DNA of 64,000 nucleotides from Armatimonadota bacterium (GCA_037440005.1 JBBIUY010000004.1:71323-135322); one strand, 5' to 3'. Shown: positions 27,972 to 37,970, numbered from the stretch's first letter. Notes: generated by a model from the sequence alone, not told the origin. Made by a program: numbers and translations.

Positions 27972-29546
27972 TCATTCCTTGTACACCAGCCAGGTGCGGA
28001 AGTTCATGGTGCCGTCCAGGACGATGCCGCGCACGTTCTTCTGGGCCACGGCGAAGGCCTGGACGTTGTTGGTCCACAGGGGCACCAGGATCGCCGTTTC
28101 CGCCAGCAGCCGCTGGGCTTCCTGGTACATGCGCGTGCGCTGCTGCCGGTCGGTGGTCTTCTTGGCCTCGGTCAGCAGCTGCACGAAGCGCCGGTAGGTC
28201 TGCTGGTCGGCGGCGCTGGTGGCCTTGTTGAGGAACGTCCCCAACGACTCGGGGGACTCGGTCAGCCACGGCGCCAGGAAGTTGTCGGGGTCCACGAAGT
28301 CAGGGAACCAGCCCAGGAAGAACATCCCGAACTCCCCGGCGCTCATGGACTTGGTGTAGGTGGCCCACTCCTGGGTCTTGATCTCCACCTGGGCCAGGCC
28401 GGTCTCCTCGATGGCCCGCTTGACCACCGCCCCGGCGTCGGGCTCGGTGGCCCCGTAGCGCACCGGGGTCAGCCACAGGGTGATCCGCAGCTTGTTGGCC
28501 GGCGAGTACCCCGCCTCCCGCAGCAACGCCCGCGCCCGGTCCAGGTTGCGGCGGGGGAACGCCGGGATGTGGCTCCACAGCCCGGGCGGCACCATGCTGT
28601 ACAGGGGGGTGTTGATGCCGCCGAACACGTCCCGGGCGATGCGCTCCCGGTCCACAGCGTAGGCGATGGCCTGGCGGACCTTGGGGTTGTCAAAGGGCTT
28701 GGCCCGCACGTTAAAGACGATGTAGCGGACCGACAGGCTGGGGCCCTGCAAGACCTGCAGGTTGGGGTTGGTGCGCAGGCGCCGCAGGGTCTCGGGGTTG
28801 AAGCTGCGGAAGCCCACGTCCACCTGGCCCGACTCCACCGCCGCCGTCAGCGACGACTCGTCGGCGAAGAACACGGTGATGACCCGCCGGCTGCGGGGCT
28901 GCGGCCCCCAGTAGCTGCGGAAGGCCTCGTACACGGTCCGCTGGTCGGGCACGTACTGGGTCAGCATGTAGGGCCCGGTGCCCGCGAACCGGCCCCGGGC
29001 GAACTCGTTGGCCGGGGTGGACTTGGGGCTGAAGATCATCGCCGGCGCGATGGGGTCGGTCATGCGGGCGAGGAAGGTCGCGTCGGCCTCCTTGAGGGTG
29101 ATGCGCACCGTGCGGGCGTCCAGGGCCTCCACCTTCTGGATGTTCATGATGAGGCCCACGCCGCCCTCAGGGCCGTTCAGGCGCAGCGCCCGCTCCAGCG
29201 ACCACTTGACCGCGTCGGCGTCAAAGGGCGTCATGTCGGTGAACAGCACCCCGCTGCGCAGGCGGAAGGTGTACACCTTGCCGTCGGGCGAGACGGTCCA
29301 GCTCTCCGCCAGCCGGGGTCCCACCACCGTGGAGCCCGGCGGGAACGTGACCAGGCCCTCGGCCACCTGCTGGAACACGTGCCAGGTCCAGTAGTCGTAG
29401 GAGTTTTCGGGGGAGAGCTCGGTGATACGGTCGGTGGTGCCCAGCACGAGGGTATCGGCGGGCGTCGCCGCCGTCGCTCCGGGGGCCACAGACCACGCCA
29501 CGGCCGCCACCGCCGCCAGGACGGCGGCCGCACACACACGCCTCAT
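27972..29546 (-). CDS. Peptide/nickel ABC transporter substrate-binding protein (family 5)
   Basis: Signal peptide; LAESWTVSPDGKVYTFRLR, GTGPY, PFDNPKVRQAIAYAVDR. Confidence 0.93.
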   Translation of the reverse strand: MRRVCAAAVLAAVAAVAWSVAPGATAATPADTLVLGTTDRITELSPENSYDYWTWHVFQQVAEGLVTFPPGSTVVGPRLAESWTVSPDGKVYTFRLRSGVLFTDMTPFDADAVKWSLERALRLNGPEGGVGLIMNIQKVEALDARTVRITLKEADATFLARMTDPIAPAMIFSPKSTPANEFARGRFAGTGPYMLTQYVPDQRTVYEAFRSYWGPQPRSRRVITVFFADESSLTAAVESGQVDVGFRSFNPETLRRLRTNPNLQVLQGPSLSVRYIVFNVRAKPFDNPKVRQAIAYAVDRERIARDVFGGINTPLYSMVPPGLWSHIPAFPRRNLDRARALLREAGYSPANKLRITLWLTPVRYGATEPDAGAVVKRAIEETGLAQVEIKTQEWATYTKSMSAGEFGMFFLGWFPDFVDPDNFLAPWLTESPESLGTFLNKATSAADQQTYRRFVQLLTEAKKTTDRQQRTRMYQEAQRLLAETAILVPLWTNNVQAFAVAQKNVRGIVLDGTMNFRTWLVYKE

Positions 29547-29622
29547 ACGTCACCCCCTCCGTCGTCGGGTCTTCCTCCCTCCCCCTACGCGACCCCGTGC
29601 CGGGGTTCCTGCCGTCCGGAGA

Positions 29623-30444
29623 TCAGACCCGCCGGCGCCGGCGGGGGTTGATGAGGTCGTTGATCCCCTCCCCGATCATCCCGAAGCCCAAGGACACCAG
29701 GATGATCATCAGGCCCGGGAAGGTGATCAGCCACCAGAAGCCGGCCTGGAGCAGGCGCTGCCCGTTCTGGATGTCAAACCCCCAGTCGGGCGTGGGCGGC
29801 GGCAGCCCGAACCCCAAAAACGAGAGGGCGGCCTCGGTGAGGATGGCGTCGGCGATGTTGAAGGACGGGACCGTCATCACCGCCGACAGGGTGTTGGGGG
29901 CGATGTGCCGCAGCAGGATCCGGGCGCGGCTGGCCCCCAGGGCCCGGGCGGCCTCCACGAAGTCCTGCTCCCGGACCACCAGGACCTGTCCCCGGGCGAC
30001 CCGGAAGTAGGCGGGGATGTAGACGAAGGAGATGGCCGCCACCATGTTCGCCAGCCCGGGGCCCAGCATGGCGACGATGGCGATGGCCAGGATGAGGGCG
30101 GGGAACGAGTAGATGGCGTCCATGACCAGCGACAGGACCCGGTCCACGCGCCCCCCGGCGTAGCCGGAGATCCACCCCACCACCGTGCCGGCCAGCAGCG
30201 AGACAACGCACGATAGGGCCGCCACCATCAGCGGCACCCGTCCGCCGTACAGGACCCGGCTGAACACGTCCCGGTGAAGCTGGTCGGTGCCCATGGGGTG
30301 CTGCCGGCTGGGCGGGGCCAGGCGGCCTCCGAGGGTGGGCGCGGTGGGATCGAAGGGGGCCAGGACCGGGGCCAGGAGGGTGACCAGGACGAATCCCGCC
30401 ACCAGGACCGTCCCCGCCAGCAGCAGGTAGTGGCGGGCGATCAT
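29623..30444 (-). CDS. Peptide ABC transporter permease (DppC/OppC)
   Basis: HPMGTDQLHRDVFSR, FVEAARALGA, EAALSFLGFG..PPTPDWG. Confidence 0.93.
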   Translation of the reverse strand: MIARHYLLLAGTVLVAGFVLVTLLAPVLAPFDPTAPTLGGRLAPPSRQHPMGTDQLHRDVFSRVLYGGRVPLMVAALSCVVSLLAGTVVGWISGYAGGRVDRVLSLVMDAIYSFPALILAIAIVAMLGPGLANMVAAISFVYIPAYFRVARGQVLVVREQDFVEAARALGASRARILLRHIAPNTLSAVMTVPSFNIADAILTEAALSFLGFGLPPPTPDWGFDIQNGQRLLQAGFWWLITFPGLMIILVSLGFGMIGEGINDLINPRRRRRV

Positions 30445-30495
30445 CGCCCGCCGCCTCCCGGGTGGGCGCCCGGACGCGGCGGGGCGGGCGGGCGG

Positions 30496-31506
30496 TCAGA
30501 AGCGGACCCGGGGATCCAGGCGGGCATAGAGGACGTCCACCAGCAGGTTGATGGCCGAGATGAAGATGGCGATGAAGACCACGGTCCCCTGGATGGCCTG
30601 GAAGTCCCTCGCCTCGATGCTGGCGATCAGGTAGCGGGCCACCCCCGGCCAGCTGTACACGGTCTCGGTGAGGATGGCGCCGGCCATCAGCAGGGCGAAC
30701 TGCAGCCCCACGACCGTCACGATGGGGATCAGGGCGTTGCGCAGGGCGTGGCGCAGGACCACCACCCGCCCCCGCAGCCCCTTGGCCCGGGCGGCGGTGA
30801 CGTACTCCTTGTCCAGGACGTCCAGCATGCTGGCGCGGGTCATGCGCCCGATGAACCCGCTGACCACCAGGCCGAGGGTGAGCGCCGGCAGCGCCAGGTG
30901 GCGCAGCGCGTCCACGAACAGGGCCACATCCCCCCGCAGCAGGGTGTCCACCAGGTAGAAGTGGGTCACGGGCTCGAAGGTGGCCGCCGCCACCGGGTCC
31001 AGGCGTCCGCCCACCGGGAACAGCCGCCAGCGCACGCTGAACAGCAGGACCAGCATCAGGCCGATCCAGAACACCGGCATGGCGAACGACGCCACGTTGA
31101 AGATGCGCAGGCCGTGGTCCAGGGGCCGGTCGCTGTGCAGCGACGCGTACACGCCCGTGACCAGCCCCAGGGCCGTGGCCACCACCATGCCCGCCAGGGC
31201 CAGCTCAACGGTGGCCGGGATGCGCAGCAGCAGTTCCTCCAGGACCGGCAGCCCGGTGCGGATGGAGGTCCCCAGGTTGCCGCGGAGGATGTCCTCCAGG
31301 TAGCGGACGTACTGGACGTGGATGGGCTTGTCCACCCCCAGGGCCTGCCGGCACCGGTCCAGGGTCTCGGGGGTCACGTTGCGGCCGCCCAGCAGGGCCA
31401 CGCAGGGGTCCCCGGGCATGACCCGGAGGATCACGAACACCAGCGTCAGCAGCACCCCCAGCATGGGCACCGCCAGGGCCGCCCGCGCCAGGATGTACCG
31501 TCCCAT
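30496..31506 (-). CDS. Peptide ABC transporter permease (DppB/OppB)
   Basis: MGRYILAR, MPGDP, YVTAARAKGL, HALRNALIP, ETVYSWPG, LDPRVR. Confidence 0.93.
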   Translation of the reverse strand: MGRYILARAALAVPMLGVLLTLVFVILRVMPGDPCVALLGGRNVTPETLDRCRQALGVDKPIHVQYVRYLEDILRGNLGTSIRTGLPVLEELLLRIPATVELALAGMVVATALGLVTGVYASLHSDRPLDHGLRIFNVASFAMPVFWIGLMLVLLFSVRWRLFPVGGRLDPVAAATFEPVTHFYLVDTLLRGDVALFVDALRHLALPALTLGLVVSGFIGRMTRASMLDVLDKEYVTAARAKGLRGRVVVLRHALRNALIPIVTVVGLQFALLMAGAILTETVYSWPGVARYLIASIEARDFQAIQGTVVFIAIFISAINLLVDVLYARLDPRVRF

Positions 31507-31678
31507 GCCCACCGCGCCTCCTCCGGCCGCGGCGGAGGCCCCGCCAGCGCGCCGGACCGGGGGAGAGTGTTCCATCGGGCCGGGCCGGGTCCTCCTGGGG
31601 GGCAGGAGACGGTGGGGGAGGGGAGAAGATGGGGCCACAGATTCCCTGACATTCCGCTGAGGCCAAGGAGGGAAGCCC

Positions 31679-32515
31679 ATGAGGCTCGCATTCCGCGTCC
31701 GGTGGGTGGCGGTGGCCGCGGTGGCGGCCAGCATCCTGCTGGCAGCGGCCGGCTGCCAGCGCCAGCAGGCTCAAGCCCCCGCTCCGGCGCCCCAGCCGGC
31801 GGCGCAGGTGCCCGACCTGGGCGGGCGGACCATCCGGGTGGCCACCGACGCCACGTATCCTCCCTTTGAGATGCTGGATGCCAACAAGAACATCATCGGC
31901 TACGACATCGACCTGATCACCGCCATCTGCGAGCTGGCCAACTGCAAGCCGGAGATCAAGAGCGTGGCCTGGGACGGCATCTTCCCGGCCCTGCAGAAGG
32001 GCGACTTCGACGCGGTGATCTCGGGGGTGACCATCACCGCCGAGCGGGACAAGACCATGGACTTCTCCGACCCGTACATCCAGGTGGGGCAGGTGGTCCT
32101 GGTGCGGGCCGACGAGACCCGGATCGGCGGCGCCGACGACCTGGCGGACAAGGTGGTGGCGGTGCAGCGGGGCACCACCAACGACGAGCTGGCCTCCCAG
32201 CTCCAGAAGGAGGGGAAGATCAAGGAGGTCAAGCGCTACCCCACCTTCGACCTGGCGGTCCGCGCTCTGCTGAACAAGGACGTGGACGCGGTGATCATCG
32301 ACAACACCGGGGCGTCGGGCTACATGGGCACCAACCCCGACAAGCTGAAGATCGTGGGCGAGCCCCTGACCAGCGAGGGTCTGGGGATCGTGGTGCGGGA
32401 GGGCGACCGGGAGCTGCAGGGCGCCTTCAACGCCGCCCTCAAGGTCCTGCGGGAGAACGGCACCCTGGACCGGCTGTACCAGAAGTGGTTTGTGGAGTGG
32501 AAGCCCACCCAGTAG
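31679..32515 (+). CDS. Polar amino-acid ABC transporter substrate-binding lipoprotein (family 3)
   Basis: Lipobox AAGC; VATDATYPPFE, GYDIDL, ISGVTITAER, VQRGTT. Confidence 0.92.
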   Translation: MRLAFRVRWVAVAAVAASILLAAAGCQRQQAQAPAPAPQPAAQVPDLGGRTIRVATDATYPPFEMLDANKNIIGYDIDLITAICELANCKPEIKSVAWDGIFPALQKGDFDAVISGVTITAERDKTMDFSDPYIQVGQVVLVRADETRIGGADDLADKVVAVQRGTTNDELASQLQKEGKIKEVKRYPTFDLAVRALLNKDVDAVIIDNTGASGYMGTNPDKLKIVGEPLTSEGLGIVVREGDRELQGAFNAALKVLRENGTLDRLYQKWFVEWKPTQ

Positions 32516-32536
32516 CCGAACCCGGACCGGCGCACG

Positions 32537-32571
32537 CCAGGACGGGGGAGGGGACACCTCCCCCGTCCTGG
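32537..32571 (+). promoter_or_regulatory. Intercistronic stem-loop between binding-protein and permease genes
   Basis: 15-bp perfect stem CCAGGACGGGGGAGG-ggaca-CCTCCCCCGTCCTGG, no U-tract. Confidence 0.55.
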
Positions 32572-32574
32572 TAG

Positions 32575-33390
32575 GTGGTCCCCGTGGCGCCCGCCTCCGC
32601 CGAGGCGTCCCGCCCGCCGGGGCAGGGCCGGCTGCTCTCCCTGGGCTCGCTGGAGCGCGCTCCCTGGTGGGCGCTGGTCCTGCTGGCGGGCGGGCTGCTG
32701 GCCCTGGCGGGCATCCTGCGGTCCCCGGTCTACATCGAGACCTACCGTTTTCTGGCGCCGGGGATCGTGCTCACCCTCCAGGTGGCCGTGGCCGCCTACA
32801 GCCTGGCGATGGTCCTGGGCCTGGTGGCGGCCCTGGGCCAGATCTCCCGCAACCCGCTGTTCTACACGCCGGCGCGGCTGTACGTGGAGGTGGTTCGGGG
32901 CGTCCCGCTGCTGGTGCAACTGATCTACATCGGCTTCGTGGTGACCCCCGCCCTGGCCGACGCCACGGGGATCCGCTGGTTCCGCAACGACATGGTGCGG
33001 GCGTCGCTGGGGCTGGGGATCGGCTACGGCGCCTACCTGGCCGAGATCTACCGGGCCGGCATCGAGTCCATCCCCCGGGGCCAGTGGGAGGCGGCGCGGT
33101 CGCTGGGGATGTCGTCCTGGCAGGCGATGCGCTTTGTCATCCTGCCCCAGGCGATCCGGGTGATCCTGCCGCCGTTGGGTAACGACTTCGTGGCCATGCT
33201 CAAGGACTCGTCCCTGGCGTCGGTCCTGTCGGTCCAGGAGCTCACCTACTCGGGCCAGCTGCTCAACGCCCGCACCTTCCGGTCCTTCGAGACCTTCAAC
33301 ATGGTGGCGCTGCTGTACCTGATCATGACCCTGCTGGGCTCCCTGGGGGTGCGGGGACTGGAGCGGTGGGCGGGGCGGGGGTACCGGTAG
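32575..33390 (+). CDS. Polar amino-acid ABC transporter permease
   Basis: YVEVVRGVPLLVQL, AEIYRAGIESIPRGQWEAARSLGM, LKDSSL. Confidence 0.93.
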   Translation: MVPVAPASAEASRPPGQGRLLSLGSLERAPWWALVLLAGGLLALAGILRSPVYIETYRFLAPGIVLTLQVAVAAYSLAMVLGLVAALGQISRNPLFYTPARLYVEVVRGVPLLVQLIYIGFVVTPALADATGIRWFRNDMVRASLGLGIGYGAYLAEIYRAGIESIPRGQWEAARSLGMSSWQAMRFVILPQAIRVILPPLGNDFVAMLKDSSLASVLSVQELTYSGQLLNARTFRSFETFNMVALLYLIMTLLGSLGVRGLERWAGRGYR

Positions 33391-33411
33391 CCCGGGGGCG
33401 GCGGCGCCGGC

Positions 33412-33417
33412 TATAAT
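33412..33417 (+). promoter_or_regulatory. -10 box for the tRNA gene
   Basis: TATAAT followed by a GC-rich discriminator, 10 bp upstream of the tRNA. Confidence 0.6.
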
Positions 33418-33427
33418 GGTGCCGCGC

Positions 33428-33504
33428 GGGCGGTTAGCTCAGGTGGCCAGAGCGCATCCTTGACATGGATGAGGTCGGAGGTTCAAGTCCTCCACCGCCC
33501 ACCA
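33428..33504 (+). tRNA. tRNA-Val(GAC)
   Basis: Acceptor stem GGGCGGT/ACCGCCC; D arm GCTC/GAGC; anticodon arm CATCC-TTGACAT-GGATG; T arm GGAGG-TTCAAGT-CCTCC; encoded CCA. Confidence 0.97.
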
Positions 33505-33691
33505 TAAAGGCCGCATCCATCAAGGGTTTTCTCGCACCCCCGTCACCCGGACATCGCGGGATCGCAGCGTCCGCGCCGACCGGGGGCAACGGATCTTCTC
33601 CCGCGGGCAGGAGGAGCAAGAGCCGTCCGCCGAAGTACTGCTCGGTCGCCGGGGACCGCCCGGCGGAAGTCGACGCAGGAGGCATTGGCAG

Positions 33692-33721
33692 AGGGACTGA
33701 CCGCCGCCGTCAGTCCCTTTT
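33692..33721 (+). terminator. Intrinsic terminator downstream of tRNA-Val
   Basis: AGGGACTGAC-cgccgcc-GTCAGTCCCT followed by TTT. Confidence 0.7.
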
Positions 33722-33793
33722 GAGTCCGCCGCGCATCGGGGAAGGGGGGGGTGACCCACGGAAACCCGGCAGTGATCACCCTCAGGAGGTGAC

Positions 33794-35101
33794 GTGATGC
33801 GCATACTGTCGGCGTGTGTGGCACTGTGGCTGGCCGCCCTGACAGCCGCCGGGGCGGCGTCGTCGGCCCCGGCGCCGGAGGTGGTCTTCACCTCCAACCA
33901 GCTGACGCCCATCCAGGAGCAGGAGTGGGCGCGGAACACCCTGCTGGCGCGCTTCACCCAGGAGACCGGCATCCGCGTCCAGTTCGTCACCGAAAGCGAG
34001 GGGCCGTACGTGGACCGGCTGCTGGCCGAGGCCCGGGCCGGCCGCGGGACCATCGACGTCACCGGGACCCTCCACGGGATCTTCCCGGTGTTCATCGCCA
34101 ACAACGCCATCCGGGACATGACCGAGGTGCAGCGGCGCCTGGACGCCCGCAAAGACCGCACCTTCGTCCCGGACCTGCTGAAGGTGGCCCGCATGGAGGG
34201 CATCCAGGCGTTCATCCCCTGGATGCAGGCCACCTACCTGATCGCCGCCCGCCGGGAGGCCCTGCGGTACTTCCCCGCCGGGCGGGACCCGATGCGGATG
34301 ACCTACGAGGACCTGCTGCAGTGGGGGGAGAACATCCGGCAGGCCACCGGGCAGCGGCGGGTGGGGTTCCCGGTGGGCCCCCGGGGGCTGTACGGCCGCT
34401 TCCTGCACGGGTACGCCTACCCGTCGTTCACCGGTTCGCAGGTCAAGCGCTTCCGGTCCCCGGAGGCGGTGGAGATGTGGCGCTTTCTGCGCCGCCTGTG
34501 GGGGGTGACCCACCCCTCGTCGTTCGTGTACGAGTTCATGTCCGAGCCGCTGCTGCTGGGTGAGGTGTGGGTGGCGTGGGACCACACCGCCCGCCTGATC
34601 CCGGCCCTGCGGGAGCGTCCGGACGACTTCGTGGTGCTGCCCTCTCCGGCGGGGCCGCGGGGGCGGTCGTTCATCTCGGTGATCGTGGGTCTGGCCATCC
34701 CGCGGACCGCCGACAACCCCGACCTGGGCGAGCGCCTGATCGAGTACCTCACCCGGCCGGACACCCAGGTGCTGACCCTGCAGGGGGTGGCCTTCTTCCC
34801 GGTGTCCCCCGAGGCGGCCCGGGCCACGCCCACCGGCGGCTTGAAGGTGGTGGCCGACGGGGTGGCGGCGCAGGCCGGCGCCCGCGACGCGCGCACCGCG
34901 CTGCTGCCCGTGGGCCTGGGGGCCCGCACCGGCGAGTTTGTGCCCATCTACGTGGATGCCTTCCGCCGCATCGCCATCCAGGGGGAGGACATCCAGAAGG
35001 TGCTGAACGAGCAGGCCGCCAAGCTGGCCGAGCTGTACCGGGCCACCAACGCTCCCTGCACGCCGCCCGACCCTCCCGAGCGGCCGTGCGTGCCCGACTG
35101 A
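33794..35101 (+). CDS. Carbohydrate ABC transporter substrate-binding protein (family 1)
   Basis: AGGAGGTG SD; signal peptide; first gene of an SBP-permease-permease-MalK-GH63 run. Confidence 0.88.
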   Translation: MMRILSACVALWLAALTAAGAASSAPAPEVVFTSNQLTPIQEQEWARNTLLARFTQETGIRVQFVTESEGPYVDRLLAEARAGRGTIDVTGTLHGIFPVFIANNAIRDMTEVQRRLDARKDRTFVPDLLKVARMEGIQAFIPWMQATYLIAARREALRYFPAGRDPMRMTYEDLLQWGENIRQATGQRRVGFPVGPRGLYGRFLHGYAYPSFTGSQVKRFRSPEAVEMWRFLRRLWGVTHPSSFVYEFMSEPLLLGEVWVAWDHTARLIPALRERPDDFVVLPSPAGPRGRSFISVIVGLAIPRTADNPDLGERLIEYLTRPDTQVLTLQGVAFFPVSPEAARATPTGGLKVVADGVAAQAGARDARTALLPVGLGARTGEFVPIYVDAFRRIAIQGEDIQKVLNEQAAKLAELYRATNAPCTPPDPPERPCVPD

Positions 35102-35111
35102 CAGCCTGACA

Positions 35112-35146
35112 GGCGGGGGCGGAGCGGTCGCGGCTCCGTCCCCGCC
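35112..35146 (+). promoter_or_regulatory. Intercistronic stem-loop after the sugar-binding protein gene
   Basis: GGCGGGGGCGGAGC-ggtcgcg-GCTCCGTCCCCGCC 14-bp stem with one G-U pair. Confidence 0.5.
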
Positions 35147-35162
35147 CTCACTCTCCGGCGCC

Positions 35163-36056
35163 ATGACCCTGGCCGACGCCGACCTCGCCGCCGCGCCCGC
35201 CCGCCCGCGGGTGGACTGGACTCCGTACCTGCTGGTCCTGCCCACCCTGCTGTTCCTGGGCGTCTTCTTCCTGTATCCCATGGTCCAGGCCGCCTGGCTG
35301 GCCGTGGCCGACCCGGCGGGCGGGCTGACCCTGGCCCACCTGCGGCGCATGGCCGCCGACCTGTACTTCCGCCCGGCGCTGCGGTTCACGGTGACCATCA
35401 CCGCGCTGGCCGTCCCCCTGCAGGTGGCCCTGGGATTGGCCATCGCCCTGCTGGTCCACAGCCGCTTCCGGGGTCACGGGGCGTTCCTGTACCTGACGGC
35501 GCTGCCGCTGGGGATCTCCGACCTGGCCGCCGGGCTCATCTGGCTGTCCATCTTCACCGAGCGGGGCTACCTCAACGCGGTGCTGCAGAGGCTGGGGGTC
35601 ATCCCGCACCCGGTGGTCTTCCTGACCCTGGAGCGCCCCGGGTGGCTGCTGGGCGCGATCGTGACCACCGAGGTGTGGCGCGCCACGGCCATCGTCATGA
35701 TCATCCTGCTGGCCGGGCTCCAGCTCATCCCGCGGGATTACGCGGAGACCGCCGCCGTGTTCGGCGCGGGCCGCTGGCAGACGCTGCGGCACGTGATCCT
35801 GCCCCTGCTGCGGCCCAGCCTGCAGACGGCCCTCATCATCCGCACCATCCTGGCGTTCCAGCTGTTCGCCACCGTGGTGACCCTGGCTGGCCGCCAGGTC
35901 CCGGTGCTGGCCGGGGAGGCCTACTTCTGGTACGCCCTGTACCGCAGCCCGCACGTGGCCAGCGCGTACGCGGTGCTGATCCTGCTGCTGTCGGGAAGCG
36001 TCACCTGGGTGTACCTGCGGGGGCTGGCGCCCCGCGCCGGGGAGGGAGGGGCGTGA
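35163..36056 (+). CDS. Carbohydrate ABC transporter permease 1
   Basis: Multiple TM segments; LAGLQLIPRDYAETAAVFGA EAA-like loop; LPLLRPSL. Confidence 0.9.
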   Translation: MTLADADLAAAPARPRVDWTPYLLVLPTLLFLGVFFLYPMVQAAWLAVADPAGGLTLAHLRRMAADLYFRPALRFTVTITALAVPLQVALGLAIALLVHSRFRGHGAFLYLTALPLGISDLAAGLIWLSIFTERGYLNAVLQRLGVIPHPVVFLTLERPGWLLGAIVTTEVWRATAIVMIILLAGLQLIPRDYAETAAVFGAGRWQTLRHVILPLLRPSLQTALIIRTILAFQLFATVVTLAGRQVPVLAGEAYFWYALYRSPHVASAYAVLILLLSGSVTWVYLRGLAPRAGEGGA

Positions 36057-36862
36057 CCGCGCGGCAGGTGGCCGTCTACGGGGCCGCCCTGGCGATCGCG
36101 GCGTGGGTGGCCCTGCCGCTGATCCTGATCACCCTGGCGGCCTTCACGCCCCGGGACGTGCTCTACCAGTGGCCCCGTCCCCTGTGGCCGTCTCGGTTCT
36201 CCCTGGACACCCTGCTGTTCTTCCTGCGGTCCACCGGGGTGTGGCCGGCCACCCTGCGCAGCATCCAGGTGGCCGGCCTGACCATCGTCCTGGCCCTGGC
36301 CCTGGCGGCGCCGGCGGGCTATGCCCTGGCCCGGCACGCCTTCCGGGGGCGCGAGGCGGTGCAGCTGCTGATCCTGTCGGTCAAGATGTTTCCCGCCACC
36401 GTGCTGTCGGTGCCCCTGGCGGTGGTGTTCATCCGGTGGGGGCTGTACGACACGGTGCTGGGGGTGGCCGCGGTCCACACGGCCCTCAGCGTCCCCTTCG
36501 TGACCGCCATCGTCACCAGCGTGTTCGCCGGGGTGTCCTACGAGCTGGAGGAGGCGGCCATGACCCTGGGCAGCTCCCGGGTCCAGGCGTTCGTGCGGGT
36601 GACCCTGCCCATGGCCGCGCCGGGGCTGGCGGCGGCGGCCATCTTCACCTTCGTCCTGTCGTGGAACGAGGTGTTCGCGGCCACCATCCTGACCCTGGAC
36701 CGGCGCACCCTGCCCGCCCTGATCGTGGACTCGGTCCTGGGGGCCGGCGCGCCCCTGCCCTTCCGGTTCGCCGGGGGGTTCTGCATGGTGGTGCCGGCGC
36801 TGGTCATCATCTTTCTGATCCGCCGCTACCTGCTGACCCTGTGGGGGGTGACGGTCCGGTGA
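36053..36862 (+). CDS. Carbohydrate ABC transporter permease 2
   Basis: GTG overlaps the upstream TGA; ELEEAAMTLG, FVLSWNE. Confidence 0.9.
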   Translation: MTARQVAVYGAALAIAAWVALPLILITLAAFTPRDVLYQWPRPLWPSRFSLDTLLFFLRSTGVWPATLRSIQVAGLTIVLALALAAPAGYALARHAFRGREAVQLLILSVKMFPATVLSVPLAVVFIRWGLYDTVLGVAAVHTALSVPFVTAIVTSVFAGVSYELEEAAMTLGSSRVQAFVRVTLPMAAPGLAAAAIFTFVLSWNEVFAATILTLDRRTLPALIVDSVLGAGAPLPFRFAGGFCMVVPALVIIFLIRRYLLTLWGVTVR

Positions 36863-36884
36863 TCCCGCCCCCCGGGAGGCCGCC

Positions 36885-37970
36885 GTGGCCGACATCCACG
36901 TGATCGGGCTGCGCAAGACCTTCGGCCGGGTCGTGGCCGTCCGGGACCTCAGCCTGCAGGTCCGGGACGGGGAGTTCTTGGTCCTGCTGGGCCCCAGCGG
37001 GTGCGGGAAGACCACCACCCTGCGGGCCATCGCCGGGCTCGAGACCCTGGACCGGGGGCGGGTGGTCATCGGGGGACGGGACGTGACGCGGCTGCCCCCG
37101 GGCCGCCGGGGGATCGCCATGGTGTTTCAGTCCTACGCCGTGTTCCCCCACATGACGGTCTACGACAACATCGTCTTCGGGTTGCGGATGCGCCGGGTGC
37201 CCGAGGCCGAGCAGCGCCGCCGCGCCCGGGAGGCCGCCGAGCTGCTGGACATCGCCGGCCTGCTGGACCGCTACCCGGCCCAGCTGTCGGGCGGCCAGCG
37301 CCAGCGGGTGGCGGTGGCCCGGGCGATCGTCATGCGCCCGGACGTGCTGCTGATGGACGAACCCCTGTCCAACCTGGACGCGCTGCTGCGGCTGCACATG
37401 CGGGCGGAGCTGAAGAGGCTGCACCGGGAACTGGGGTCCACCACCGTGTACGTCACCCACGACCAGGTGGAAGCGCTGTCGTTGGGGGACCGCATCGCGG
37501 TCATGCGGGACGGCCAGATCGTCCAGTGCGACACCCCCGGGCGCATCTACGACACCCCGGCCACCCGCTTTGTGGGCGAGTTCATCGGGACCCCGCCGAT
37601 GAACTTTTTGCCCGGGGAACTGGTCCTCGACGACGGCGGGCCGGCCGTGCTGGTGGCGGGCGTCCGGATCCCCCTGCCCGGGGCGGCGGCCGCGGGCCGG
37701 CCAGGGCCGGTGGACGTGGGGATCCGTCCCGAGCACCTGGAGGTCCTGCCCGCCTCCGCCCCGGGGGCCCTGCCCGCCGAGGTGGTGGTGGTGGAGCCGC
37801 TCGGCCCCGCCCAGCTGGTGACCGCCCGCGTGGGCCGGCAGACGGTGAAGGTGACCGTGCCGGCCGACGCCGCCGTGGCCAGCGGCCAGCGGGTGTGGCT
37901 GCGTCCGACCCCCTCCCGCATCCGCCTGATGGACGCGGCCACCGGCGACGCGCTGCCGGGTGGGCCGTGA
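36885..37970 (+). CDS. Carbohydrate ABC transporter ATP-binding protein (MalK-like)
   Basis: GPSGCGKT, LSGGQRQR, LLMDEPLSNLD, YVTHDQ, C-terminal TOBE (GIRPEH, VEPLG). Confidence 0.96.
   Translation: MADIHVIGLRKTFGRVVAVRDLSLQVRDGEFLVLLGPSGCGKTTTLRAIAGLETLDRGRVVIGGRDVTRLPPGRRGIAMVFQSYAVFPHMTVYDNIVFGLRMRRVPEAEQRRRAREAAELLDIAGLLDRYPAQLSGGQRQRVAVARAIVMRPDVLLMDEPLSNLDALLRLHMRAELKRLHRELGSTTVYVTHDQVEALSLGDRIAVMRDGQIVQCDTPGRIYDTPATRFVGEFIGTPPMNFLPGELVLDDGGPAVLVAGVRIPLPGAAAAGRPGPVDVGIRPEHLEVLPASAPGALPAEVVVVEPLGPAQLVTARVGRQTVKVTVPADAAVASGQRVWLRPTPSRIRLMDAATGDALPGGP

Noticed and set aside
33612..33630. Third sigma54 promoter (shares GGAGCAAGAGCCGT with 14264-14277)
   Set aside because: Lacks the invariant GG at -24 (reads CG-N10-GC) and faces no gene start.
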